Positions 38,705-48,973 of a DNA stretch of 64,000 nt are shown piece after piece. Source of the stretch: Minisyncoccota bacterium (GTDB lineage Bacteria > Patescibacteriota > Minisyncoccia > Phycocordibacterales > UBA9973); assembly GCA_041662525.1 (NCBI GenBank), contig JBAZSF010000002.1:3121-67120 (forward strand), written 5' to 3'. Position 1 is the stretch's first letter. Every line of letters starts with the position of its first letter. The position numbers were made by a program, and so were the translations under genes. The notes below the pieces were generated by a model. That model ran no database searches and was not told where the DNA came from. It saw only the letters and a list, made by a program, of their open reading frames with translations.

Positions 38705-39802
38705 TCATCTATTCATGGGCATGATAAGATAAGTAAAAGATGAATCAGAAATAGGAGAAATAACTATTGGCTTAGATGCTCCAGATAATTTTACAGAAAC
38801 ACTATCAGTATTAATTGATTGAAAACAATCTAAAAAATATTTATAATTAAAACTTAGTTCAACAATTTCTCCTTTAAGAACAGCATCTAAATATGTTTTA
38901 TTTTCTCCAATATCATTATTGGCAGAAGAAAGTTCAAAAATTTTTTCTTTAGGTGAAATCTTTAGATTAACTTGATTGAATTTATCTGAAAAAACATTAG
39001 AAAGTTTTAAAGCATTTAATAAATCTTGTTTGAGTACCACCACATCAGTCAAAGAATCTTTTGGAATGATTTGCCTATAGTCTGGAAAAATACCATCAAT
39101 AATTCTTGAAGTTAAATAAACATTATCGGAAGAAAAAGAAATTTGATTTTTATTAAAACAAACCTTTATAGTACCTTTAAATTCTCCGAAGACTTTCAAT
39201 ATTTCTCCTATGTTTTTATATGGGATAAGAATTCCCAGAATCTCCTCGAGTCCTTTTACTTTAACTTTTTTTTCAGCCAACCTAAACGAATCTGTAGAAA
39301 CAAAAATTAAATTATCCTCATTGGTATACATAAAAACACTTGAAATTTCAGGTTTAATGTCTGAAATGGAAGAACTATAGTAAACCGCTTTTATTCCATC
39401 AATTAATTTATTTGATTCTATTTCAAAACTACTACCAACAACTTTTGGTATTGTTGGGAAATCTTCGTGGGGCTGACTTTTAAGTTTTATTTGGCTTTTT
39501 TTTGTTTTAATTAATAAGTTTCCGTCTGTGTTTTCAAAAAATATATTTTCATTTTGTGAAACATTAGAAAAAACAGCATTTAATATTGATCCAGAAACAG
39601 CAAGGGATCCTTCTTTTTCCACCTTGGCTGGAATTTCAATTTCAATTCCAAGATTTAAATTTGTAGATCTAAGTTTTAATGAGTTATTGGAAGTAATTAA
39701 TAATATTGAACTTAATATTGGTAAAGTTAAATTCTTACCAGTAATTCTTTCTACTTGAGAAATAGCATTTTTTATTTTCTCCACAGAGCATTCTAGTTTC
39801 AT
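38705..39802 (-). CDS. dnaN: DNA polymerase III beta clamp
   Basis: LPIL, DFPTIP, STDSFRLA, FPDY, IMPM. Confidence 0.95.
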   Translation of the reverse strand: MKLECSVEKIKNAISQVERITGKNLTLPILSSILLITSNNSLKLRSTNLNLGIEIEIPAKVEKEGSLAVSGSILNAVFSNVSQNENIFFENTDGNLLIKTKKSQIKLKSQPHEDFPTIPKVVGSSFEIESNKLIDGIKAVYYSSSISDIKPEISSVFMYTNEDNLIFVSTDSFRLAEKKVKVKGLEEILGILIPYKNIGEILKVFGEFKGTIKVCFNKNQISFSSDNVYLTSRIIDGIFPDYRQIIPKDSLTDVVVLKQDLLNALKLSNVFSDKFNQVNLKISPKEKIFELSSANNDIGENKTYLDAVLKGEIVELSFNYKYFLDCFQSINTDSVSVKLSGASKPIVISPISDSSFTYLIMPMNR

Positions 39803-39947
39803 ATGTTTATATATTATATATTTAAATTATTAATAATATTAGGTGTGTTGATAAGTGTATAAGTATTTTTTATATTGGTAAACATTATTGTTTTACTGAA
39901 TTTATTTTTTAATTTAAGTCTGATAACTTTCTAATAACTATTTTTAA
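39803..39947. other. oriC part between dnaA and dnaN (AT-rich, DnaA-box-like sites)
   Basis: TGTTGATAA 39846-39854, AGTGTATAA 39854-39862, very AT-rich. Confidence 0.6.
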
Positions 39948-41285
39948 TTATTTAAACATAATCCTTATTTGTTCTAATTCTTGGATTAATTGTGGATCAT
40001 TTTTTAAATCTTCTTTGATTTTTACACATGAATGCATGACTGTTGTATGGTCTTTTCCACCTAATTTTTGTCCTATGAGTGGATAAGAAACACTAAAATC
40101 TTCTCGAAGTAAATACATAATAATTTGTCTGGTTTTTACTATTTCCTTTTTTCTAGTTTTTTCATAAATAGACATTTCTTCTAATTTATAATATTCAGCT
40201 ACAACTTTTACAACATCTTTTATAGCCATATTCTTTTTTGGTTTCATGTTGTTTTTTAGTAGATTTTTAACTTCTATGAGCGAGGGGGCCTTATTTTTTA
40301 AGCGATATTGGCAAATAATAAGATTTAAGCTTCCTTCAAGCTCACGAATATTTCCTTGGATGGAAGAAGCAACATAATCAATTACATCCTCTTCTAAGGT
40401 TATATTGAGTTCACGAAGCCTTACCTTAATAATTGCGAGACGAGACTCGTATTCTGGCTCAGTGACGTCTACAATCATTCCTGCAGCAAAACGAGACTTT
40501 AAACGATCTGCTAGTTCTGGAATATAATTAGGGTGTTTATCGGAAGAAAAAATAATTTGTTTATTGTTTTCATAAAAAGTATTAAATGTATGAAAAAGTT
40601 CTTCTTGAATTTTTTCCATTTTACCAATGAATTGGATATCATCTATGATCAAAAGATCATATTTACGATATTTTTCTTTAAAAGAATTTGCTTTATTCCC
40701 CTGGAGGGAGTTTATAAAATCTGTTGCAAACTTTTCCAAGGTCATATAGTGCACCTTTTTTTCAGGATGTTTATTTTTTATTGAATTTCCTACAGCTTGA
40801 ATCAAGTGAGTTTTTCCGAGACCAGTGCCACCATAAATAAAAAATGGATTATATTTAGTTCCAGGTGATTCTATTATTGCTTGGGAAGCCGCATAAGCGA
40901 GTTCGTTGAAGGCCCCGACAATAAAAGAATTAAAATGGTAACGTGGATTTAGATTATTCTCTGGATTTATATATAAATCCTTTAAAGGTAATTCTTTTTC
41001 TATGGTTTCACTTATTATTGTTTCTTGTTTAGAATTTTCTATTTTTGTAATTACATATTCTACCGCACGCATATTTTCATAATTTTCGGCTATGGTTTTG
41101 GTTATGAGTTTATGGTATTTATTTATAAGCCAATCACGAACAAATTCATTTGGTACTCCTACATACACAATCCCATTTTCCTCTTTTGCGATAGATGTAT
41201 TTTTAAACCATGTACTAAAATTGGCTTTAGACATGTCAGATTCAATTTTTAGTAAACAGTTTTTCCACAATTGGTTTGTGTTCAT
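39948..41285 (-). CDS. dnaA: Chromosomal replication initiator DnaA
   Basis: YNPFFIYGGTGLGKTHL, IDDIQF, NIRELEG, GKDHTTV. Confidence 0.97.
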   Translation of the reverse strand: MNTNQLWKNCLLKIESDMSKANFSTWFKNTSIAKEENGIVYVGVPNEFVRDWLINKYHKLITKTIAENYENMRAVEYVITKIENSKQETIISETIEKELPLKDLYINPENNLNPRYHFNSFIVGAFNELAYAASQAIIESPGTKYNPFFIYGGTGLGKTHLIQAVGNSIKNKHPEKKVHYMTLEKFATDFINSLQGNKANSFKEKYRKYDLLIIDDIQFIGKMEKIQEELFHTFNTFYENNKQIIFSSDKHPNYIPELADRLKSRFAAGMIVDVTEPEYESRLAIIKVRLRELNITLEEDVIDYVASSIQGNIRELEGSLNLIICQYRLKNKAPSLIEVKNLLKNNMKPKKNMAIKDVVKVVAEYYKLEEMSIYEKTRKKEIVKTRQIIMYLLREDFSVSYPLIGQKLGGKDHTTVMHSCVKIKEDLKNDPQLIQELEQIRIMFK

Positions 41286-41439
41286 AGTTTCATATTATAC
41301 TCTTTATAAAACAGAAGGCATCTTTTAAAGCTTATTAACTCTGTTGATAAGCTGTGGATAAAAATTTTTTCTTAATAATTTTTTACGAGGAAGATTAAAT
41401 GAATTTGATTTATTCTTAATAATATTGTAAACTTTGATT
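41286..41439. other. oriC part upstream of dnaA
   Basis: TGTTGATAA 41342-41350, perfect TGTGGATAA 41353-41361; plus strand looks C-rich to the left and G/T-rich to the right (by eye). Confidence 0.7.
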
Positions 41440-41574
41440 ATGTCAGTTACATATCAACCTAAAAAAAGAAAAAGAGCAAGAGCCCATGGTTTTTTGGTTA
41501 GATCCAGGATTAAGACCGGGAAAAAGGTTCTTAAAAGAAGACGCCAAAAGGGTAGAAAAAAACTCAGTGTTTAA
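41440..41574 (+). CDS. rpmH: 50S ribosomal protein L34 (not in ORF track)
   Basis: [21 protein letters not shown]...[12 protein letters not shown]. Confidence 0.95.
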   Translation: MSVTYQPKKRKRARAHGFLVRSRIKTGKKVLKRRRQKGRKKLSV

Positions 41575-41586
41575 CTTGGTTTAAAT

Positions 41587-41910
41587 ATGCTTCCTAAAAA
41601 AAATAGAGTGAGCACCAAAGAAGTAGACAAGATCTTTAAAGAAGGCAGATTCTTTGTTTCCCCTAGTTTTACTTTTAAATACTTAAAAAGTACCAATAAA
41701 GGGGTAAAAATTTCCTTTATAGCTCCAAAAAGTGTAGCCAAACTTGCTGTTAAGAGAAATTTGCTAAGACGTCGAGGATATACAGCCCTTGCTAAGCATA
41801 TAGATCAATTCCCTTCTGGGCTTATGGGTGTTTTTATATTTAAAAAATATCAAGATGATATTTCTGTAATTGAAGATGAAATTAAAAATATACTTACAAA
41901 AATTAATTAG
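41587..41910 (+). CDS. rnpA: Ribonuclease P protein component
   Basis: MLPKKNR, AVKRNLLRRR; synteny. Confidence 0.9.
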   Translation: MLPKKNRVSTKEVDKIFKEGRFFVSPSFTFKYLKSTNKGVKISFIAPKSVAKLAVKRNLLRRRGYTALAKHIDQFPSGLMGVFIFKKYQDDISVIEDEIKNILTKIN

Positions 41911-42181
41911 TCCCGTTAGAAGCAGGTCTCCCCAAGGTGACCGAAGCACTCGCTTACTAGCGAGGGCGGCTTCTAACGGGATTAGCTTTTATCAAAAACA
42001 TATTTCTATTTTTTTGAAACCCAGTTGTGTTTTTTACCCTACTTGTTCAGAATACACAAAACAATCGATAGAAAAGTACGGCGCTTTAAAGGGTATTTAT
42101 TTAGGATTTTTACGTATATTACGTTGCCATCCTTGGCAGAAAAACCACATTGACCCCGTCACTCGCGAGCGACAGGGTTGA
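41870..42181 (+). CDS. yidD: Membrane protein insertion efficiency factor YidD with 25-codon insertion
   Basis: CVFYPTCSEY, RILRCHPW, DPV. Confidence 0.88.
   Translation: MKMKLKIYLQKLISPVRSRSPQGDRSTRLLARAASNGISFYQKHISIFLKPSCVFYPTCSEYTKQSIEKYGALKGIYLGFLRILRCHPWQKNHIDPVTRERQG
41906..41985. mobile_element. Branched palindromic insertion in yidD flanked by ATTAG direct repeats
   Basis: 13-bp IR tcccgttagaagc / gcttctaacggga; two internal hairpins. Confidence 0.8.
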
Positions 42182-42234
42182 TCCCGTTGTTTGATTTTCT
42201 AGCGTTTTTTTGCTTTTTCATATAGAATGAGGTA

Positions 42235-42960
42235 ATGCTTACAAATATATGGAATACTATTTTATATCAGCCATTATTAAACGCTTTGGCTTTTTTAGTG
42301 TCAATTATTCCTGGCGGAGACGTTGGTATTGCAGTTATTGTTCTTACTGTTCTTGTTAAAATTATTCTTTTCCCTTTGTCTCAAAAATCTATTGAAAGTC
42401 AGGCAGAGATGAATATTTTGACCCCTGAGATTAATAAAATAAAGACAAGTGGGGCTTCTAAAGAAGAACAAGCACGTCTTACGTTTGAATTATATAAAAA
42501 ACACAACACCAATCCTTTTTCAGGATGTCTTTTGGTTTTAGTTCAGATTCCTGTTATTTTTGCTTTATATTATGTCTTTTTTAAAGGAATAAATTTTGAA
42601 AGTGGACTTCTCTACTCATTTATTAAGGTTCCTTCACAAATTAACATGGTTTTTCTTGGTTTTCTTGATATCACTAAAAAAAGTTTAGTTTTGGCTATTT
42701 TGGCTGGTTTATCTCAATATCTACAAGCATATTTTATGCCAAAACCACCTGTCTCTTCAGGGACCGGCTCTTCTTTTGCAGAAAGTTTTACTAAAAATAT
42801 GAGTATGCAAATGAAATATGTTTTTCCATTTATTGTCGCTTTTATTGCTTATAGTATCTCTGGAGCAGTGGCTCTTTATTGGATTACCAGCAATCTTTTT
42901 ATGGTTGGTCAACAGATTTATGTTAAAAAAGAGAAAAATTTTAAGATTGTAATTAAATAA
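42235..42960 (+). CDS. yidC: Membrane protein insertase YidC (short form)
   Basis: KIILFPL, NPFSGCL..LVQIP, LYWITSN. Confidence 0.93.
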   Translation: MLTNIWNTILYQPLLNALAFLVSIIPGGDVGIAVIVLTVLVKIILFPLSQKSIESQAEMNILTPEINKIKTSGASKEEQARLTFELYKKHNTNPFSGCLLVLVQIPVIFALYYVFFKGINFESGLLYSFIKVPSQINMVFLGFLDITKKSLVLAILAGLSQYLQAYFMPKPPVSSGTGSSFAESFTKNMSMQMKYVFPFIVAFIAYSISGAVALYWITSNLFMVGQQIYVKKEKNFKIVIK

Positions 42961-42961
42961 T

Positions 42962-43447
42962 ATGGAGAAAGAAGAAATCCAAAATTTAATAAAAGAATTA
43001 ATTGAAAAAACCACAGTAAAATTAAATAAAATTTCAATTATTGATGATAAACCTAAAAATATATGGGTTTCTGTGGAAGTTAGTGAACCACATTTTTTTA
43101 TTGGGCGTGAAGGTGAAGGTTTGCATGCATTGAGTTATCTTGTTCACAGAATCATAGAATCAAAAAATCCTCGCAATGATGTAAAGACAACGGAACCACA
43201 AGGATTAGGTGTTATTATAGATATAAATGGTTTTCAAAAAAAACATGTTGAGAGTATTCGCGCAATAGCTCATATGATGTCAGAAAGAGCGAGATATTTT
43301 AAGTCTAATATTGAAATTGATCCAATGTCTGCATTTGAGCGTAGGATCGTGCATGAATTTTTGTCTGAAGCAAATGATTTAAAAACTGAGTCTGTGGGCT
43401 TTGGGCGTGATCGCCGAGTGGTGATTAAATATATTGGGGTTATGTAA
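42962..43447 (+). CDS. jag: Jag/EloR family RNA-binding protein (KH + R3H)
   Basis: IGREGEGL.AL, PMSAFERRIVH, GRDRRVVI. Confidence 0.85.
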   Translation: MEKEEIQNLIKELIEKTTVKLNKISIIDDKPKNIWVSVEVSEPHFFIGREGEGLHALSYLVHRIIESKNPRNDVKTTEPQGLGVIIDINGFQKKHVESIRAIAHMMSERARYFKSNIEIDPMSAFERRIVHEFLSEANDLKTESVGFGRDRRVVIKYIGVM

Positions 43448-43561
43448 GAAAAAGAAAATATAAAGTTTAGAAAGCCTTGCGCAGGCTGACGAGCCGAGCA
43501 GTTCGCTGGCATAGCAATGCCAGATAGATTGCTTTATAAATTTTGATATTTTCTTTTTCTT
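43446..43561 (+). mobile_element. Rod-shaped palindromic element, A-type head
   Basis: Head identical to 15109-15181; arms aagaaaaagaaaatat / atattttctttttctt fill the whole intergenic gap. Confidence 0.85.
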
Positions 43562-44952
43562 TATTTTAAAGCGAGCTCCCAAAGAAAAGAATCTTTTTTA
43601 TTCACAAAAAATAAATAGTCCTCACTACTATCTAATGCAAGTTTGATACTATCGACGTCTTCCCCACCTAGAGCGACAGGGTCTGCAATCATTGTTGTAT
43701 TTCCAGTTTTAATATCTATTTTCCAAATTCGATCTCTAAAAAAAGTTTCTCCTTGATACCAGCTATCCGGATATTGGCCGTTAGGAATAGTGGTTGGTAC
43801 TCCACAATAAACAACATCATTAGTTTTATTCCAAACACATTTTTCCGCCAATGTTCTCACCCCCAACGTATTGGAAACTTTTGTATCTGTATGATAAATA
43901 TTAAGTGATAAGGTGTCATTGCTATAAAGAACCAGTTTCCCATTAGGACTAGTGAGAGTAGTAAGCCCATTTACAGCACCTAATATTTTGTGAAAATTAT
44001 AGTTTTTATTATTTGGGTCCATAGCGTACATATATCCAGGGATTCCAAATGAAGGTTTGGTGGTGAAAGTAATCATTTTATTATTTGGAAATAAGGACAA
44101 CCATTCAGTGAAAGGTGAATCAAAAACCTGAACTTTTTTATTATTTAATAAATTAAGTGTTGTACCAATTATGTTGTCTCCTAAATTATTTCCCAAATTA
44201 TTCCCACTGCTAAACATATAAAAAATACTATTAGAATCACTTGATAGACTTAAATCTTTTATGTTTTCCGGGAGGAACACCCCTTTTATTTCATTACTAC
44301 TCGTGGTGTCTGCGCCAAGAAATTCTTTTGGTAAAGTACCGACAAAAGTTATAATCGTTTTAGCATCTGATTTTAAATATCGCATAATTACAGAATTCCC
44401 TTTGTTTCCAAAAAATGCTTCATAAACCTTTGGTATTATTGTGGTAGAAAATTTCTTTTCTTCTATTTTGTCTACAAAGGTTTGATATATATTTCCTGTA
44501 GCTCTTTCTATATATCTTAAAGCTGGCATAAATTCTGTTGGAGGTGGAGTTGGCTTGGTTGTTTTTGTAGTAGTTGTTGTCTTTGGAGGAATTATTAAAC
44601 CTGTTGCTGGATCAATTTCTGGCGCTACCACAGGGATTTCTTTCAATCTTTCTTTGGAAAATACGGTAAAACCCGCGATAGGCATGCTCGAAACCTTTTT
44701 TAATTTTATGTTTGTCTCTGGTGTTGTAGAAATTTGTCCATCTCCAGAGATATCCACTGGGGGTGTGGTATTCGTGGGGGGCTTTGTTGAATTATTTCCA
44801 AATGGATTAAATTGTGAAATAAAATTTGTACCCGTGCTGTCTTCTCCTGGTGTATTTGTATTTGTTCCTGGATTGAAATAAAAATATCCAAATAATGTAC
44901 TTATTCCGATGACGATGATTATTATTAAAAGTATAAAATTTCTTTTTGACAT
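43561..44952 (-). CDS. Membrane-anchored protein with probable beta-propeller
   Basis: N-terminal TM, P/T-rich linker, SPNGK/SSD-type blade motifs. Confidence 0.6.
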   Translation of the reverse strand: MSKRNFILLIIIIVIGISTLFGYFYFNPGTNTNTPGEDSTGTNFISQFNPFGNNSTKPPTNTTPPVDISGDGQISTTPETNIKLKKVSSMPIAGFTVFSKERLKEIPVVAPEIDPATGLIIPPKTTTTTKTTKPTPPPTEFMPALRYIERATGNIYQTFVDKIEEKKFSTTIIPKVYEAFFGNKGNSVIMRYLKSDAKTIITFVGTLPKEFLGADTTSSNEIKGVFLPENIKDLSLSSDSNSIFYMFSSGNNLGNNLGDNIIGTTLNLLNNKKVQVFDSPFTEWLSLFPNNKMITFTTKPSFGIPGYMYAMDPNNKNYNFHKILGAVNGLTTLTSPNGKLVLYSNDTLSLNIYHTDTKVSNTLGVRTLAEKCVWNKTNDVVYCGVPTTIPNGQYPDSWYQGETFFRDRIWKIDIKTGNTTMIADPVALGGEDVDSIKLALDSSEDYLFFVNKKDSFLWELALK

Positions 44953-44955
44953 AAA

Positions 44956-45972
44956 TTAAAGTGTTTTAACGTATTTTATTCTTCCTGCATATGAACTTAC
45001 GGGTCTTACTGCGACTCCTCCTTGACCTTGTGCATCTATCATCTTACCATCGCCTATATACATCATCACATGGCCAGCCTTCCCTCCTTGTGGAGTCCAC
45101 CCAATTAAATCACCAGCCTTTAATGGCACACCATTTACTTTCGTTCCATCAGAACTGACACTTGTGGCAACAGTACTTCCTGAACCAAATATTCCAGTAG
45201 AAGTTCCTCCAGGATTTGATAATCCTGCACAGACATATACCTGACTTACATAAGAAGAACAATCTATCATTGCCTTGCCTCCCTTAACAGTATTTCTGTC
45301 TTGTTGACTATAGCTGGAATTTCCTACATAGGATTTAGCAATCCCAGAAAGAGCATTTGGTCCACCATCCCTAGGACAAATAATACCAACATTAGTTAAA
45401 TCATTTTTTATTGTTGCGGTATTTAGTTCTCTTGTACCTTCACCGCCTAACTCTACTGTAATCGTCACATCTTTCAAACTTGATAAACTAGAATCGAGCA
45501 ATTTAGGATTTATTGTATAAAGCAATGTCCAAGCACCGAGGGCTAAGATAAGACCAAAAATTGCATTTACAATCTTGCCTTTGCCGTCGCCTTTTTCCCC
45601 AGGAAGTTCGCTCGTCATATATTGAATACCACCCATGAAGATCATGACTACTGCCAAGACAGCACAGATACCAATGAAAATCTTGATCATTAAATTTAAA
45701 TACGCACTCAAATTATTTTCTTGTGTAGGGTCAAAAGTAGTCAGTGTTTCACCGTCAGGGTTGGGTAGTGGGGCTAAAAGATTGTAATTAGTTGTTGGTG
45801 TTGCTGATAAACTATTACATTGTGAGGCATCTCCTCCGTTATTTACAGCATCAATCACACATTGGTCATAAGCACTAATTGCTTCACTAAAATATATAGG
45901 AGCTAAAAAACCAAATAATATAAAAGCGAGATATGTTAAGGTTATTATTTTTTTAAATATATTTTTTTTCAT
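44956..45972 (-). CDS. TrbC/VirB2-like pilin fused to NlpC/P60 domain
   Basis: LAVVMIFMGGIQYMTS..GK.KIVNAIFGLIL; DCSSYV...GHVMMYIGDG.MIDA. Confidence 0.75.
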   Translation of the reverse strand: MKKNIFKKIITLTYLAFILFGFLAPIYFSEAISAYDQCVIDAVNNGGDASQCNSLSATPTTNYNLLAPLPNPDGETLTTFDPTQENNLSAYLNLMIKIFIGICAVLAVVMIFMGGIQYMTSELPGEKGDGKGKIVNAIFGLILALGAWTLLYTINPKLLDSSLSSLKDVTITVELGGEGTRELNTATIKNDLTNVGIICPRDGGPNALSGIAKSYVGNSSYSQQDRNTVKGGKAMIDCSSYVSQVYVCAGLSNPGGTSTGIFGSGSTVATSVSSDGTKVNGVPLKAGDLIGWTPQGGKAGHVMMYIGDGKMIDAQGQGGVAVRPVSSYAGRIKYVKTL

Positions 45973-45979
45973 TTTTTAC

Positions 45980-46966
45980 TTAAAAGCTTACATTGATTTC
46001 TTTGGTGGTACTTTCAAAAATTTTATCTATATTATTAATGTCCAATCTTATTTTAGATGTTCCAGAAATTCCAGCTTGTGCTTTGAGCGGTAGTGTATTT
46101 TTTCTATAGATAGGTGCATTGACCGTTTCATTATTTATAAACCAATCCCAGGTAAGAGTCGGAATCCTGATGTCTTTCGGTGAGATAAAATATGGTGCTG
46201 CTTCGATGACTTCTTCACCTAATATTTTATACCCATTGGTTAATGCTTGTTCCCAAATTGTTCCTAAATTAGCATCATTTTTATAAAATACAATTTTTGG
46301 TTTTGTTATTTTTATATCTATACTTTCTGTTGAAGAATATTTTTGATCAGTGGTTCTCGCTGTTACTTCAATATTATTTGAATTCTCAAGATAGTCATTT
46401 ATGTAAGTAAAAGAATTCTTTCCATAACCAGAACCATCTTGGTTGTTAGTATAATCTTTTTTCCACACATAAGTCATGTTTTTAGGATTTATAAAATTGG
46501 AACCAGACTTTACCTCTGGCAGAGCGACAACTTTTACTAAACTATCAGGCGAAGGTAGGGCTTTGCCTTTGTAAAATGGAGGCACATAAGAATCCAAGGC
46601 CTGTGTGAGTAATACCATAGCTAAGGGCTTTATTATTATCTTTGTATTTGTTGCGCCATCAGGTAGAGAGATAGTGGCGATGACAGTTGTTTCCCCTCCT
46701 GCATTTGGAGCGTTAAGAGAAAAAGATTTTTTACCGATTCCAGATGAAATATTTTTACCATTTATAGACCAAGAAATTAAAACAATGTCTAGGTTGTTAA
46801 CATAACTTTTTAAAGTAATATCTACGTTTTCAAGAGGAGCTGGATTTTCTGGGGATACATTAACTAAAATATCAATCGAGGTAGCCCCTACCTTTAAAGG
46901 TAAAAAAGTTCCTAATACCGTAATTGTTATAATAAAAAATGAGAATATTAACTTCCAAAATTTCAT
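45980..46966 (-). CDS. Exported hypothetical protein (Ig-like repeats)
   Basis: Signal peptide; repeated beta-rich units with W.W/Y.W. Confidence 0.6.
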   Translation of the reverse strand: MKFWKLIFSFFIITITVLGTFLPLKVGATSIDILVNVSPENPAPLENVDITLKSYVNNLDIVLISWSINGKNISSGIGKKSFSLNAPNAGGETTVIATISLPDGATNTKIIIKPLAMVLLTQALDSYVPPFYKGKALPSPDSLVKVVALPEVKSGSNFINPKNMTYVWKKDYTNNQDGSGYGKNSFTYINDYLENSNNIEVTARTTDQKYSSTESIDIKITKPKIVFYKNDANLGTIWEQALTNGYKILGEEVIEAAPYFISPKDIRIPTLTWDWFINNETVNAPIYRKNTLPLKAQAGISGTSKIRLDINNIDKIFESTTKEINVSF

Positions 46967-47036
46967 ATATTCTAATTATACTCGGTAGTGAAACTTTTAT
47001 CAAAGACAAAAGCTTTACTGTCGGGATATATCATAC

Positions 47037-48890
47037 CTACTTCCCTGCTATCTCTCGTGCTTCTTTTTCTTCTCTAGCTTTTTTGTTTAATAATATTTGT
47101 GAAGGGTCAGAGGTAATGATCTGATCTTCGGTATAAGAAGAAACTATCTTTATAGCCACATGTTTTAGTCCTGCGAAGAATATACCCTCTCCTAACCCAG
47201 ATTCCAAAAGTAAATATTTTTCCTCATCAGTGAGATTGAAGGTCTTTTGCAAAATATCAATCGTGGTTGGTGATTGTTTTAAAAGAAGCTGAATAGAGGA
47301 ATTGGTAATAATCGGTACACCATAGGGAGACTTCATAAAGTCAGCTGCGTCTTGGGTGATAGTAGAAAGACCCAAGTAATATTTTCTACCTCTTTTAGCA
47401 ATGGAATACAAGAATGATGCGGTATCTTCGGATTTCATCATCCACCAAGCTTCATCTACTACGAGCAAGCGTTTCTTTAAATTCTTGCGAATCGCATTCC
47501 AAATGTAATGCATTATGATATACATAGCTACTGGTTTTAATTCGTCTTCCATGTCACGGACAGAAAATACCACAAATTTTTTATTAATGTCTACATTGGA
47601 TGGTCTATTGAGAAAGGTTGCCCAAGAACCTCTGGTATATTTTGCTAGTCTAGCAATAACTGAATCACTTCCTTCCATTCCAGAGAGCACCATTTCAAAA
47701 TCTGAAAGAAGAGGAGGCTCTATATTTGAAAAATCCGATTCTGGGGTGATATCTTTTATGGCATAAGTTTCTGAAATAGCTCTATCCACCATTGAATCTT
47801 CTTCTGGAGTGAGTCCTCCTAACATCAGTCTGAAAAGTCCCACTAGATTAATAATATTTGAACGCAAGACATCTTCGGCTGTTTCATCTTCACGAGGTAT
47901 TGGTAAATCAAAAGGATTTAAATGGTGATCTGAAGAAAGAGAGATATTAAAATATCGTCCACCGACAGCTTCAGTCAAGAATTCATATTCTCTTTCTGGA
48001 TCTATCACGATAACATCTATATCAAACATCAAGGATCGTAGGATTTCTAATTTTGTGGCATAAGATTTTCCAGAACCTGATTTAGCAAAGGTTACAGAAT
48101 TGTAATTTTCCAAGGAAAATCGGTCGAAGATAACGAGGGACGAGTTATGTCTATTAATACCATAGAGTATTCCTTTGTCGGAAGTAAGGTCAGAAGAAAT
48201 AAATGGGAAGACACTCGAAAGTGGCTCAGAGTTTAATTTTTGATGGATATTTAATAAGTCTGTTTCTATTGGAATAACACTTTTGAAACCTTCTTCTTGT
48301 TGGAAAAGCGCCGGCTTGATATATATAAGCTTTGATTCAAGCATCGATTTTATCTCATTTTCTATTTTAAATAACTCCATTTCGTTATCTGCATAAATCG
48401 TAATATAAATTCCCACATCAAACATTTTTTCTTGGGCTTGGATCAAATTATTACGAAGCCCTTCTAGGTCTTCGTAGGCAGTGTCCAGCATCGGATCACG
48501 TACCATTCCTTTTGATTCTCGGACATTTATTTGACTCTGAACCTCAGCCACTTTTTTCTGAAATTGTCGAAGCATCAGAGAAGTATCTATAGGGTGAACG
48601 AATATTGAAATATCAAAAATTTTATCCAAATTAATTATAGGAGAAAACCAATTGTCTGTTAAAAATCTCGGATAAGATATTATAAAAAAAGTACGGGCTA
48701 TTTTATTGCCTAAATTTATGGATTTTGGATCAATCTTTAAAGCTGATGGAGCAATTACGTCTTGGAGCTCTAAATTTGCAGATTCATAAATCTTTTCTGG
48801 TAAGACAGCCAAAACAGAAGCTCGCATTTCTCCAGCCCCAGTTTCTTTTTTTCCTCCTAATAATTTTTTTATGTTTTCTAAAATACTCAT
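47037..48890 (-). CDS. VirB4/TraC-like secretion ATPase
   Basis: AKSGSGKS, IDPEREY, LLVVDEAW, KRGRKY, ITQ. Confidence 0.88.
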   Translation of the reverse strand: MSILENIKKLLGGKKETGAGEMRASVLAVLPEKIYESANLELQDVIAPSALKIDPKSINLGNKIARTFFIISYPRFLTDNWFSPIINLDKIFDISIFVHPIDTSLMLRQFQKKVAEVQSQINVRESKGMVRDPMLDTAYEDLEGLRNNLIQAQEKMFDVGIYITIYADNEMELFKIENEIKSMLESKLIYIKPALFQQEEGFKSVIPIETDLLNIHQKLNSEPLSSVFPFISSDLTSDKGILYGINRHNSSLVIFDRFSLENYNSVTFAKSGSGKSYATKLEILRSLMFDIDVIVIDPEREYEFLTEAVGGRYFNISLSSDHHLNPFDLPIPREDETAEDVLRSNIINLVGLFRLMLGGLTPEEDSMVDRAISETYAIKDITPESDFSNIEPPLLSDFEMVLSGMEGSDSVIARLAKYTRGSWATFLNRPSNVDINKKFVVFSVRDMEDELKPVAMYIIMHYIWNAIRKNLKKRLLVVDEAWWMMKSEDTASFLYSIAKRGRKYYLGLSTITQDAADFMKSPYGVPIITNSSIQLLLKQSPTTIDILQKTFNLTDEEKYLLLESGLGEGIFFAGLKHVAIKIVSSYTEDQIITSDPSQILLNKKAREEKEAREIAGK

Positions 48891-48898
48891 ATTAATTC

Positions 48899-48973
48899 AG
48901 GCTTTAGCTTTTAGGCTCTATAGGCTCTAGCTTTTGAATTTGCTAATGCCTAATGCCTAGTTGCCTAGCGCCT
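48899..48973. repeat. Palindromic array of TAGGCnn heptamers
   Basis: taggctc units then gcctaat/gcctag units. Confidence 0.75.
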
